Assembly: GCA_964016885.1 (NCBI GenBank)
Contig: OZ024744.1
Coordinates: forward strand, 20,708,001-20,772,000
Direction: 5' to 3'
Length of the DNA stretch: 64,000 bases
From: Eledone cirrhosa
Lineage: Eukaryota
The notes beneath the pieces are model-generated. The model had not been told where the DNA came from, searched no databases, and was given only the letters and a program-made list of their open reading frames with translations. The position numbers were made by a program, and so were the translations under genes. Positions 1 through 14,500 of the stretch are shown here, in pieces; positions within the stretch are counted from its first letter, which is position 1; the number at the start of each line of letters is the position of its first letter.

Positions 1-409
1 TCTTAAGAACTGACTCGTTTTAACAACAGCTGAATCTTAAGATAAAACTCGTTTTAACAACAGTTGAATCTTAAGATAAAACTCGTTTTAACAACAGTTG
101 AATCTTAAGAACTGACTCGTTTTAACAACAGTTGAATCTTAAGATAAAACTCGTTTGAACAACAGTTGAATCTTATGTACTAACTAATTTTTACAACAGT
201 TGAATCTTAAGTTAAGACTCGTTTTAACAACAGTTGAATCTTAAGAACTGACTCGTTTTAACAACAGCTGAATCTTAAGATAAAACTCGTTTTAACAACA
301 GTTGAATCTTAAAGATAAAACTCGCTTTAACAACAGTTGAATCTTAAGAACTGACTCGTTTTAACAACAGTTGAATCTTAAGACAAAACTCGTTTTAACA
401 ACAGTTCAA

Positions 410-3400
410 TCTTAAGAACTGATTTGTTCTAACAACAGTTCAGCCTTAAGAACTGACTCGTTTTAAAACAGTTGAATCGTTAGAACTGACTCGTTTTAAC
501 AACAGTTGAATCTTAAGATAAAACTCGTTTTAACAACAGTTAAATCTAAATAACTGACTCGTTTTAACAACAGTTGAATGTTAAGATAAAACTCGTTTTA
601 ACAATAGTTGAATCTTAAGAACTGACTCGTTTTAACAACAGTTGAATCTTAAGATAAAACTCGTTTTAACAACTGTTGAATCTTAAGAACTGACTCGTTT
701 TAACAACAGCTGAATCTTAAGATAAAACTCGTTTTAACAACAGTTGAATCTTAAGAACTGACTCGTTTTAACAACAGTTGAATCTTAAGATAAAACTCGT
801 TTTAACAACAGTTGAATCTTAAGAACTGACTCGCTTTAACAACAGCTGAATCTTAAGATAAAACTCGTTTTAACAACAGTTGAATCCTAAGAACTGACTT
901 GTTTTATCAACAGTCCAACCGTAAGAACTGACTCGTTTTAACAACAGTTGAATGTTCAAATAAAACTCGTTTTAACAACAGTTGAATCTTAAGAACTGAC
1001 TCGTTTTAACAACAGTTGAATCTTAAGAACTGACTCGTTTTAACAACAGTTAAATCTTAATAACTGACTCGTTTTAACAACAGTTGAATGTTAAGATAAA
1101 ACTCGTTTTAACAACAGTTGAATCTTAAGAACTGACTCGTTTTAACAACAGTTGAATCTTCAAATAAAACTCGTTTTAACAACAGTTGAACATTAAGATA
1201 AAACTCGTTTTAACAACAGTTGAATGTTAAGATAAAACTCGTTTTAACAATAGTTGAATCCTAAGAACTGACTCGTTTTAACAACAGTTGAATCTTAAGA
1301 TAAACCTCGTTTTAACAACAGTTGAATCTTAAGAACTGAATCGTTTTAACAACAGCTGAATCTTAAGATAAAACTCGTTTTAACAACAGTTGAATCTTAA
1401 AGTAAAACTCGTTTTAACAACAGTTGAATCTTAGGAACTGACTCGTTTTAACAACAGTTGAATCTTAAGATAAAACTCGTTTTAACAACAGTTGAATCTT
1501 AAGTTAAGACTCGTTTTAACAACAGTTGAATCTTAAGAACTGACTCGTTTTAACAACAGTTGAATCTTAAGACAAAACCCGTTTTAACAACAGTTGAATC
1601 TTAAGAACTGTCTCGTTTTAACAACAGTTGAATCTTAAGATAAACCTCGTTTTAACAACAGTTTAATCTTAAGAACTGACTCGTTTTAACAACAGTTGAA
1701 TCTTAAGACAAAACTCGTTTTAACAACAGTTGAATCTTAAGAACTGACTAGTTCTAACAACAGTTCAGCCTTAAGAACTGACTCGTTTTAAAACAGTTGA
1801 ATCGTTAGAACTGACTCGTTTTAACAACAGTTGAATCTTAAAATAAAACTCGTTTTAACAATAGTTGAATCTCAAGAACTGACTCGTTTTAGCAACAGTT
1901 GAATCTTAAGATAACACTCGTTTTCATAACAGTTGAATCTTAAGAACTGTCTCGTTTTAACAACAGTTGAATTTTAAGATAAACCTCGTTTTGACAACAG
2001 TTGAATCTTAAGAACTGACTCGTTTTAACAACAGTTAAATCTTAATAACTGACTCGTTTTAACAACAGTTGAATGTTAAGATAAAACTCGTTTTAACAAT
2101 AGTTGAATCTTAAGAACTGACTCGTTTTAACAATAGTTGAATCTTAAGAACTGACTCGTTTTAACAACAGTTGAATCTTAAGATAAAACTCGTTTTAACA
2201 ACTGTTGAATCTTAAGAACTGACTCGTTTTAACAACAGCTGAATCTTAAGATAAAACTCGTTTTAACAACAGTTGAATCTTAAGAACTGACTCGTTTTAA
2301 CAACAGTTGAATCTTCAAATAAAACTCGTTTTAACAACAGTTGAATCTTAAGAACTGACTCGTTTTAACAACAGTTGAATGTTAAGATAAAACTCGTTTT
2401 AACAATAGTGAAATCTTAAGAACTGACTCGTTTTAACAACAGTTGAATCTTAAGATAAAACTCGTTTTAACAACAGTTGAATCTTAAGAACTGACTCGTT
2501 TTAACAACAGCTGAATCTTAAGATAAAAATCGTTTTAACAACAGTTCAAACTTAAGAAATGACTCGTTTTAACAAAAGTTGAATCTTATGAACTCACTCA
2601 TTTTAACAACAGTTGATTCTTAAGATAACATTCGTTTTAACAACAGTTGAATCTTAAGAACTGATTCGTTTTAACAACAGTTGAATCTTAAGATAAAACT
2701 CGTTTTAACAACAGTTGAATCTTAAGAACGGACTCGTTTTAACAACAACTGAATCTTAAGATAAAACTCGTTTTAACAACAGTTGAATCTTAAGATAAAA
2801 CTCGTTTTAACAACAGTTGAATCTTAAGAACTGACTCGTTTTAACGACAGCTGAATCTTAAGATAAAACTCGTTTTAACAACAGTTCAAACTTAAGAAAT
2901 GACTCGTTTTAACAACAGTTGAATCTTAAGAACTGATTCGTTTTAACAACAGTTCAAACTTAAGAACTGACTCGTTTTAACAACAGTTGAATCTTATGAA
3001 CTGACTCATTTTAACAACAGTTGAATCTTAAGATAACATTCGTTTTAACAACAGTTGAATCTTAAGAACTGACTCGTTTTAACAACAGTTGAATCTTAAA
3101 GATAAAACTCGTTTCGACAACAGTTGAATCTTAAAGAACTGACTCGTTTTAACAACAGCTGAATCTTAAGATAAAACTCGTTTTAACAACAGTTGAATCT
3201 TAAGATAAAACTCGTTTTAACAACAGTTGAATCTTAAGAACTGACTCGTTTTAACGACAGCTGAATCTTAAGATAAAACTCGTTTTAACAACAGTTCAAA
3301 CTTAAGAAATGACTCGTTTTAACAACAGTTGAATCTTATAAACTGACTCATTTTAACAACAGTTGAATCTTAAGAACTGATTTGTTCTAACAACAGTTCA

Positions 3401-6365
3401 GCCTTAAGAACTGACTCGTTTTAAAACAGTTGAATCGTTAGAACTGACTCGTTTTAACAACAGTTGAATCTTAAGATAAAACTCGTTTTAACAACAGTTA
3501 AATCTAAATAACTGACTCGTTTTAACAACAGTTGAATGTTAAGATAAACTCGTTTTAACAATAGTTGAATCTTAAGAACTGACTCGTTTTAACAACAGTT
3601 GAATCTTAAGATAAAACTCGTTTTAACAACTGTTGAATCTTAAGAACTGACTCGTTTTAACAACAGCTGAATCTTAAGATAAAACTCGTTTTAACAACAG
3701 TTGAATCTTAAGAACTGACTCGTTTTAACAACAGTTGAATCTTAAGATAAAACTCGTTTTAACAACAGTTGAATCTTAAGAACTGACTCGCTTTAACAAC
3801 AGCTGAATCTTAAGATAAAACTCGTTTTAACAACAGTTGAATCCTAAGAACTGACTTGTTTTATCAACAGTCCAACCGTAAGAACTGACTCGTTTTAACA
3901 ACAGTTGAATGTTCAAATAAAACTCGTTTTAACAACAGTTGAATCTTAAGAACTGACTCGTTTTAACAACAGTTGAATCTTAAGAACTGACTCGTTTTAA
4001 CAACAGTTAAATCTTAATAACTGACTCGTTTTAACAACAGTTGAATGTTAAGATAAAACTCGTTTTAACAACAGTTGAATCTTAAGAACTGACTCGTTTT
4101 AACAACAGTTGAATCTTCAAATAAAACTCGTTTTAACAACAGTTGAACATTAAGATAAAACTCGTTTTAACAACAGTTGAATGTTAAGATAAAACTCGTT
4201 TTAACAATAGTTGAATCCTAAGAACTGACTCGTTTTAACAACAGTTGAATCTTAAGATAAAACTCGTTTTAACAACAGTTGAATCTTAAGAACTGAATCG
4301 TTTTAACAACAGCTGAATCTTAAGATAAAACTCGTTTTAACAACAGTTGAATCTTAAAGTAAAACTCGTTTTAACAACAGTTGAATCTTAGGAACTGACT
4401 CGTTTTAACAACAGTTGAATCTTAAGATAAAACTCGTTTTAACAACAGTTGAATCTTATGAACTAACTCATTTTAACAACAGTTGAATCTTAAGTTAAGA
4501 CTCGTTTTAACAACAGTTGAATCTTAAAAACTGACTCGTTTTAACAACAGTTGAATCTTAAGACAAAACCCGTTTTAACAACAGTTGAATCTTAAGAACT
4601 GTCTCGTTTTAACAACAGTTGAATCTTAAGATAAACCTCGTTTTAACAACAGTTTAATCTTAAGAACTGACTCGTTTTAACAACAGTTGAATCTTAAGAC
4701 AAAACTCGTTTTAACAACAGTTGAATCTTAAGAACTGACTAGTTCTAACAACAGTTCAGCCTTAAGAACTGACTCGTTTTAAAACAGTTGAATCGTTAGA
4801 ACTGACTCGTTTTAACAACAGTTGAATCTTAAAATAAAACTCGTTTTAACAATAGTTGAATCTCAAGAACTGACTCGTTTTAGCAACAGTTGAATCTTAA
4901 GATAACACTCGTTTTCATAACAGTTGAATCTTAAGAACTGTCTCGTTTTAACAACAGTTGAATTTTAAGATAAACCTCGTTTTGACAACAGTTGAATCTT
5001 AAGAACTGACTCGTTTTAACAACAGTTAAATCTTAATAACTGACTCGTTTTAACAACAGTTGAATGTTAAGATAAAACTCGTTTTAACAATAGTTGAATC
5101 TTAAGAACTGACTCGTTTTAACAATAGTTGAATCTTAAGAACTGACTCGTTTTAACAACAGTTGAATCTTAAGATAAAACTCGTTTTAACAACTGTTGAA
5201 TCTTAAGAACTGACTCGTTTTAACAACAGCTGAATCTTAAGATAAAACTCGTTTTAACAACAGTTGAATCTTAAGAACTGACTTGTTTTAACAACAGTTG
5301 AATCTTCAAATAAAACTCGTTTTAACAACAGTTGAATCTTAAGAACTGACTCGTTTTAACAACAGTTGAATGTTAAGATAAAACTCGTTTTAACAATAGT
5401 GAAATCTTAAGAACTGACTCGTTTTAACAACAGTTGAATCTTAAGATAAAACTCGTTTTAACAACAGTTGAATCTTAAGAACTGACTCGTTTTAACAACA
5501 GCTGAATCTTAAGATAAAAATCGTTTTAACAACAGTTCAAACTTAAGAAATGACTCGTTTTAACAAAAGTTGAATCTTATGAACTCACTCATTTTAACAA
5601 CAGTTGATTCTTAAGATAACATTCGTTTTAACAACAGTTGAATCTTAAGAACTGATTCGTTTTAACAACAGTTGAATCTTAAGATAAAACTCGTTTTAAC
5701 AACAGTTGAATCTTAAGAACGGACTCGTTTTAACAACAACTGAATCTTAAGATAAAACTCGTTTTAACAACAGTTGAATCTTAAGATAAAACTCGTTTTA
5801 ACAACAGTTGAATCTTAAGAACTGACTCGTTTTAACGACAGCTGAATCTTAAGATAAAACTCGTTTTAACAACAGTTCAAACTTAAGAAATGACTCGTTT
5901 TAACAACAGTTGAATCTTAAGAACTGATTCGTTTTAACAACAGTTCAAACTTAAGAACTGACTCGTTTTAACAACAGTTGAATCTTATGAACTGACTCAT
6001 TTTAACAACAGTTGAATCTTAAGATAACATTCGTTTTAACAACAGTTGAATCTTAAGAACTGACTCGTTTTAACAACAGTTGAATCTTAAAGAGAAAACT
6101 CGTTTCGACAACAGTTGAATCTTAAAGAACTGACTCGTTTTAACAACAGCTGAATCTTAAGATAAAACTCGTTTTAACAACAGTTGAATCTTAAGATAAA
6201 ACTCGTTTTAACAACAGTTGAATCTTAAGAACTGACTCGTTTTAACGACAGCTGAATCTTAAGATAAAACTCGTTTTAACAACAGTTCAAACTTAAGAAA
6301 TGACTCGTTTTAACAACAGTTGAATCTTATAAACTGACTCATTTTAACAACAGTTGAATCTTAAG
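410..6365 (+). repeat. Tandem duplication of about 2.96-2.99 kb (87-88 monomers)
   Basis: Private markers pair up: gatttgttct 421/3379, cagtccaaccgtaag 911/3868, gaactgactagttct 1741/4732, gaatcttataaactg 3331/6322. Confidence 0.9.
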
Positions 6366-9300
6366 AACTGATTCGTTTTAACAACAGTTGAATCTTAAGA
6401 TAAAACTCGTTTTAACAACAGTTGAATCTTAAGAACTGACTCGTTTTAACAACAGTTGAATCTTAAGATAAAACTCGTTTTAACAACAGTTGAATCTTAA
6501 GAACTGACTCGTTTTAACAACAGCTGAATCTTAAGATAAAACTCGTTTTAACGACAGATGAATCTTAAGATAAAACTCGTTTTAACAACAGTTGAATCTT
6601 AAGAACTGACTCGTTTTATCAACAGTTGAATCTTAAGATAAAACTCGTTTTAACAACAGTTGAATCTTATGAGCTAACTCATTTTAACAACAGTTGAATC
6701 TTAAGTTAAGACTCGTTTTAACAACAGTTGAATCTTAAGACAAAACTCGTTTTAACAACAGTTGAATCTTAAGAACTGACTTGTTCTAACAACAGTTCAG
6801 TCTCATGAATTGACTCGTTTTAAAACAGTTGAATCGTTTGATCTGACTCGTTTTAACAACAGTTGAATCTTAAAATAAAACTCGTTTTAACAATAGTTGA
6901 ATCTCAAGAAATGACTCGTTTTAGCAACAGTTGAATCTTAATAACTGACTCGTTTTAACAACAGTTGAATGTTAAGATAAAACTCGTTTTAACAATAGTT
7001 GAATCTTAAGAACTGACTCGTTTTAACAACAGTTGAATCTTAAGATAAAACTCGTTTTAACAACAGTTGAATCTTAAGAAATGACTCGTTTTAACAACAG
7101 CTGAATCTTAAGATAAAACTCGTTTTAACAACACTTCAAACTTAAGAAATGACTCGTTTTAACAAAAGTTGAATATTATGAACTCACTCATTTTAACAAC
7201 AATTGAATCTTAAGATAACATTCGTTTTAACAACAGTTGAATCTTAAGAACTGATTCGTTTTAACAACAGTTGAATCTTAAGATAAAACTCGTTTTAACA
7301 ACAGTTGAATCTTAAGAACGGACTCGTTTTAACAACAGCTGAATCTTAAGATAAAACTAGTTTTAACAACAGCTGAATCTTAAGATAAAACTCGTTTTAA
7401 CAACAGTTGAATCTTAAGATAAAACTCGTTTTAACAACAGTTGAATCTTAAGAACTGACTCGTTTTAACAACAGTTGAACCTTAAGAACTGACTCGTTTT
7501 AACAACAGCTGAATCTTAAGATAAAACTCGTTTTAACAACAGTTGAATCTTAAGATAAAACTCGTTTTAACAACAGTTGAATCTTAAGAACTGACTCATT
7601 TTAACAACAGCTGAATCTTAAGATAAAACTCGTTTTAACAACAGTTGAATCTTAAGATAAAACTCGTTTTAACAACAGTTGAATCTTAAGTACTGACTTG
7701 TTTTAACAACAGTTGAATCTTAAGATAAAACTCGTTTTAACAACAGTTGAATCTTATGAGCTAACTCATTTTAACAACAGTTGAATCTTAAGTTAAGACT
7801 CGTTTTAACAACAGTTGAATCTTAAGAACTGACTCGTTTTAACGACAGCTGAATCTTAAGATAAAACTTGTTTTAACAACAGTTGAATCTTAAAGATAAA
7901 ACTCGCTTTAACAACAGTTGAATCTTAAGAACTGACTCGTTTTAACAACAGTTGAATCTTAAGACAAAACCCGTTTTAACAACAGTTGAATCTTAAGAAC
8001 TGTCTCGTTTTAACAACAGTTGAATCCTAAGATAAACCTCGTTTTAACAACAGATTAATCTTAAGAACTGACTCGTTTTAACAACAGTTGAATCTTAAGA
8101 CAAAACTCGTTTTAACAACAGTTGAATCTTAAGAACTGACTTGTTCTAACAACAGTTCAGCCTCAAGAACTGACTCGTTTTAAAACAGTTGAATCGTTAG
8201 ATCTGACTCGTTTTAACAACAGTTGAATCTTAAAATAAAACTCGTTTTAACAATAGTTGAATCTCAAGAACTGACTCGTTTTAGCAACAGTTGAATCTTA
8301 ATAACTGACTCGTTTTAACAACAGTTGAATGTTAAGATAAAACACGTTTAAGAATAGTTGAATCTTAAGAACTGACTCGTTTTAACAACAGTTGAATCTT
8401 AAGATAAAACTCGTTTTAACAACTGTTGAATCTTAAGAACTGACTCGTTTTAACAACAGTTGAATCTTCAAATAAAACTCGTTTTAACAACAGTTGAATC
8501 TTAAGAACTGACTCGTTTTAACAACAATTGAATGTTAAGATAAAACTCGTTTTAACAATAGTTGAATCTTAAGAACTGACTCGTTTTAACAACAGTTGAA
8601 TCTTAAGATAAAACTCGTTTTAACAACAGTTGAATCTTAAGAACTGACTCGTTTTAACAACAGCTGAATCTTAAGATAAAACTCGTTTTAACAACAGTTG
8701 AATCTTAAGAACTGATTCGTTTTAACAACAGTTCAAACTTAAGAACTGATTCGTTTTAACAACAGTTGAATCTTATGAACTGACTCATTTTAACAACAGT
8801 TGAATCTTAAGATAACATTCGTTTTAACAACAGTTGAATCTTAAGAACTGACTCGTTTTAACAACAGTTGAATCTTAAGATAAAACTCGTTTTAACAACA
8901 GTTGAATCTTAAGAACTGACTCGTTTTAACGACAGCTGAATCTTAAGATAAATCTCGTTTTAACAACAGTTGAATCTTAAAGATAAAACTCGCTTTAACA
9001 ACAGTTGCATCTTAAGAACTGACTCGTTTTAACAACAGCTGAATCTTAAGATAAAACTCGTTTTAACAACAGTTGATTGTTAAGAACTGACTCGTTTTAA
9101 CAACAGCTGAATCTTAAGATAAAACTCGTTTTAACAACAGTTGAATCTTAAGATAAAACTCGTTTTAACAACAGTTGAATCTTAAGAACTGACTCGTTTT
9201 AACAACAGTTGAATCTTAAGATAAAACTCGTTTTAACAACAGTTGAATCTTATGAACTAACTCATTTTAACAACAGTTGAATCTTAAGTTAAGACTCGTT

Positions 9301-11574
9301 TTAACAACAGTTGAATCTTAAGAACTGACTCGTTTTAACGACAGCTGAATCTTAAGACAAAACCCGTTTTAACAACAGTTGAATCTTAAGAACTGTCTCG
9401 TTTTAACAACAGTTGAATCTTAAGATAAACCTCGTTTTAACAACAGTTTAATCTTAAGAACTGACTCGTTTTAACAACAGTTGAATCTTAAGACAAAACT
9501 CGTTTTAACAACAGTTGAATCTTAAGAACTGACTTGTTCTAACAACAGTTCAGCCTTAAGAACTGACTCGTTTTAAAACAGTTGAATCGTTAGAACTGAC
9601 TCGTTTTAACAACAGTTGAATCTTAAAATAAAACTCGTTTTAACAATAGTTGAATCTCAAGAACTGACTCGTTTTAGCAACAGTTGAATCTTAAGATAAC
9701 ACTCGTTTTCATAACAGTTGAATCTTAAGAACTGTCTCGTTTTAACAACAGTTGAATTTTAAGATAAACCTCGTTTTGACAACAGTTGAACCTTAAGAAC
9801 TGACTCGTTTTAACAACAGTTAAATCTTAATAACTGACTCGTTTTAACAACAGTTGAATGTTAAGATAAAACTCGTTTTAACAATAGTTGAATCTTAAGA
9901 ACTGACTCGTTTTAACAACAGATGAATCTTAAGATAAAACTCGTTTTAACAACTGTTGAATCTTAAGAACTGACTCGTTTTAACAACAGCTGAATCTTAA
10001 GATAAAACTCGTTTTAACAACAGTTGAATCTTAAGAACTGACTCGTTTTAACAACAGTTGAATCTTCAAATAAAACTCGTTTTAACAACAGTTGAATCTT
10101 AAGAACTGACTCGTTTTAACAACAGTTGAATGTTAATATAAAACTCGTTTTAACAATAGTGGAATCTTAAGAACTGACTCGTTTTAACAACAGTTGAATC
10201 TTAAGATAAAACTCGTTTTAACAACAGTTGAATCTTAAGAACTGACTCGTTTTAACAACAGCTGAATCTTAAGATAAAACTCGTTTTAACAACAGTTCAA
10301 ACTTGAGAAATGACTCGTTTTAACAAAAGTTGAATCTTATGAACTGACTCATTTTAACAACAGTTGAATCTTAAGAACTGATTCGTTTTAACAACAGTTG
10401 AATCTTAAGATAAAACTCGTTTTATCAACAGTTGAATCTTAAGAACTGACTCGTTTTAACAACAGCTGAATCTTAAGATAAAACTCGTTTTAACAACAGT
10501 TGATTCTTAAGAACTGACTCGTTTTAACAACAGCTGAATCTTAAGATAAAACTCGTTTTAACAACAGTTGAATCTTAAGATAAAACTCGTTTTAACAACA
10601 GTTGAATCTTAAGTACTGACTCGTTTTAACAACAGTTGAATCTTAAGATAAAACTCGTTTTAACAACAGTTGAATCTTATGAGCTAACTCATTTTAACAA
10701 CAGTTGAATCTTAAGTTAAGACTCGTTTTAACAACAGTTGAATCTTAAGAACTGACTCGTTTTAACGACAGCTGAATCTTAAGACAAAACCCGTTTTAAC
10801 AACAGTTGAATCTTAAGAACTGTCTCGATTTAACAACAGTTGAATCTTAAGATAAACCTCGTTTTAACAACAGTTTAATCTTAAGAACTGACTCGTTTTA
10901 ACAACAGTTGAATCTTAAGACAAAACTCGTTTTAACAACAGTTGAATCTTAAGAACTGACTTGTTCTAACAACAGTTCAGCCTTAAGAACTGACTCGTTT
11001 TAAAACAGTTGAATCGTTAGAACTGACTCGTTTTAACGACAGCTGAATCTTAAGAACTGATTCGTTTTAACAACAGCTGAATCTTAAGATAAAAGTCGTT
11101 TTAACAACAGTTGAATCTTAAGAACTGACTCGTTTTAACAACAGCTGAATCTTAAGATAAAACTCGTTTTAACAACAGTTGAATCTTAAGATAAAACTCG
11201 TTTTAACAACAGTTGAATCTTATGAGCTAACTCATTTTAATAACAGTTCAATCTTAAGTTAAGACTCGTTTTAACAACAGTTGAATCTTAAGAACTGACT
11301 CGTTTTAACAACAGCTGAATCTTAAGATAAAACTCATTTTAACAACAGTTGAATCTTAAGTTAAGACTCGTTTTAACAACAGTTGAATCTTAAGAACTGA
11401 CTCGTTTTAACAACAGTTGAATCTTAAAGATAAAACTCGTTTCGACAACAGTTGAATCTTAAGAACTGACTCGTTTTAACAACAGTTCAAACTTAAGAAC
11501 TGACTCGTTTTAACAACAGTTGAATCTTATGAACTGACTCATTTTAACAACAGTTGATTCTTAAGATAACATTC

Positions 11575-14500
11575 GTTTTAACAACAGTTGAATCTTAAGA
11601 ACTGACTCGTTTTAACAACAGTTGAATCTTAAAGATAAAACTCGTTTCGACAACAGTTGAATCTTAAGAACTGACTCGTTTTAACAACAGCTGAATCTTA
11701 AGATAAAACTCGTTTTAACAACAGTTGAATCTTAAGATAAAACTCGTTTTAACAACAGTTGAATCTTAAGAACTGACTCGTTTTAACGACAGCTGAATCT
11801 TAAGAACTGATTCGTTTTAACAACAGCTGAATCTTAAGATAAAACTCGTTTTAACAACAGTTGAATCTTAAGAACTGACTCGTTTTAACAACAGCTGAAT
11901 CTTAAGATAAAACTCGTTTTAACAACAGTTGAATCTTAAGATAAAACTCGTTTTAACAACAGTTGAATCTTATGAGCTAACTCATTTTAATAACAGTTGA
12001 ATCTTAAGTTAAGACTCGTTTTAACAACAGTTGAATCTTAAGAACTGACTCGTTTTAACAACAGCTGAATCTTAAGATAAAACTCGTTTTAACAACAGTT
12101 GAATCTTAAGAACTGACTCGTTTTAACAACAGCTGAATCTTAAGATAAAACTCGTTTTAACAACAGTTGAATCTTAAGATAAAACTCGTTTTAACAACAG
12201 TTGAATCTTAAGTACTGACTCGTTTTAACAACAGTTGAATCTTAAGATAAAACTCGTTTTAACAACAGTTGAATCTTATGAGCTAACTCATTTTAACAAC
12301 AGTTGAATCTTAAGTTAAGACTCGTTTTAACAACAGTTGAATCTTAAGAACTGACTCGTTTTAACGACAGCTGAATCTTAAGACAAAACCCGTTTTAACA
12401 ACAGTTGAATCTTAAGAACTGTCTCGATTTAACAACAGTTGAATCTTAAGATAAACCTCGTTTTAACAACAGTTTAATCTTAAGAACTGACTCGTTTTAA
12501 CAACAGTTGAATCTTAAGACAAAACTCGTTTTAACAACAGTTGAATCTTAAGAACTGACTTGTTCTAACAACAGTTCAGCCTTAAGAACTGACTCGTTTT
12601 AAAACAGTTGAATCTTAAGATAACACTCGCTTTCATAACAGTTGAATCTTAAGAACTGTCTCGTTTTAACAACAGTTGAATTTCAAGATAAACCTCGTTT
12701 TGACAACAGTTGAATCTTAAGAACTGACTCGTTTTAACAACAGTTAAATCTTAATAACTGACTCGTTTTAACAACAGTTGAATGTTAAGATAAAACTCGT
12801 TTTAACAATAGTTGAATCTTAAGAACTAACTCGTTTTAACAACAGTTGAATCTTAAGATAAAACTCGTTTTAACAACTGTTGAATCTTAAGAACTGACTC
12901 GTTTTAACAACAGTTGAATCTTCAAATAAAACTCGTTTTAACAACAGTTGAATCTTAAGAACTGACTCGTTTTAACAACAGTTGAATGTTAAGATAAAAC
13001 TCGTTTTAACAATAGTGGAATCTTAAGAACTGACTCGTTTTAACAACAGTTGAATCTTAAGATAAAACTCGTTTTAACAACAGTTGAATCTTAAGAACTG
13101 ACTCGTTTTAACAACAGCTGAATCTTAAGATAAAACTCGTTTTAACAACAGTTCAAACTTAAGAAATGACTCGTTTTAACAAAAGTTGAATCTTATGAAC
13201 TCACTCATTTTAACAACAGTTGAATCTTAAGATAACATTCGTTTTAACAACAGTTGAATCTTAAGAACTGATTCGTTTTAACAACAGTTGAATCTTAAGA
13301 TAAAACTCGTTTTAACGACACGTGAATCCTAAGAACGGACTCGTTTTAACAACACCTGAATCTTAAGATAAAACTCGTTTTAACAACAGTTGAATCTTAA
13401 GAACTGATTCGTTTTAACAACAGTTCAAACTTAAGAACTGACTCGTTTTAACAACAGTTGAATCTTATGAACTGACTCATTTTAACAACAGTTGAATCTT
13501 AAGATAACATTCGTTTTAACAACAGTTGAATCTTAAGAACTGACTCGTTTTAACAACAGTTGAATCTTAAAGATAAAACTCGTTTCGACAACAGTTGAAT
13601 CTTAAGAACTGACTCGTTTTAACAACAGCTGAATCTTAAGATAAAACTCGTTTTAACAACAGTTGAATCTTAAGAACTGACTCGTTTTAACGACAGCTGA
13701 ATCTTAAGATAAAACTCGTTTTAACAACAGTTCAAACTTAAGAAATGACTCGTTTTAACAACAGTTGAATCTTATGAACTGACTCATTTTAACAACAGTT
13801 GAATCTTAAGAACTGATTCGTTTTAACAACAGCTGAATCTTAAGATAAAACTTGTTTTAACAACAGTTGAATCTTAAGAACTGACTCATTTTAACAACAG
13901 CTGAATCTTAAGATAAAACTCGTTTTAACAACAGTTGAATCTTAAGAACTGACTCGTTATAACAACAGCTGAATCTTAAGTTAAAACTCGTTTTAACAAC
14001 AGTTGAATCTTAAGATAAAACTCGTTTTAACAACAGTTGAATCTTAAGAACTGACTCTTTTTAACAACAGTTGAATCTTAAGATAAAACTCGTTTTAACA
14101 ACAGTTGAATCTTATGAGCTAACTTATTTTAATAACAGTTGAATCTTAAGTTAAGACTCGTTTTAACAACAGTTGAATCTTAAGAACTGACTCGTTTTAA
14201 CAACAGCTGAATCTTAAGATAAAACTCGTTTTAACAACAGTTGAATCTTAAGATAAAACTCGTTTTAACAATAGTTGAATCTTATGAGCTAACTCATTTT
14301 AACAACAGTTGAATCTTAAGTTAAGACTCGTTTTAACAACAGTTGAATCTTAAGAACTGACTCGTTTTAACGACAGCTGAATCTTAAGACAAAACCCGTT
14401 TTAACAACAGTTTAATCTTAAGAACTGTCTCGTTTTAACAACAGTTGAATCTTAAGATAAACCTCGTTTTAACAACAGTTTAATCTTAAGAACTGACTCG

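Noticed and set aside
51-84. CRISPR array: the permuted B monomer GTTTTAACAACAGTTGAATCTTAAGATAAAAC (32 bp) starts GTTTTA and ends AAAAC like type II-A direct repeats
   Set aside because: Only a constant 2-bp TC separates copies. There are no unique spacers, leader or cas genes, and variation follows HOR duplication. The resemblance comes from the AAAAC-TC-GTTTT dyad.
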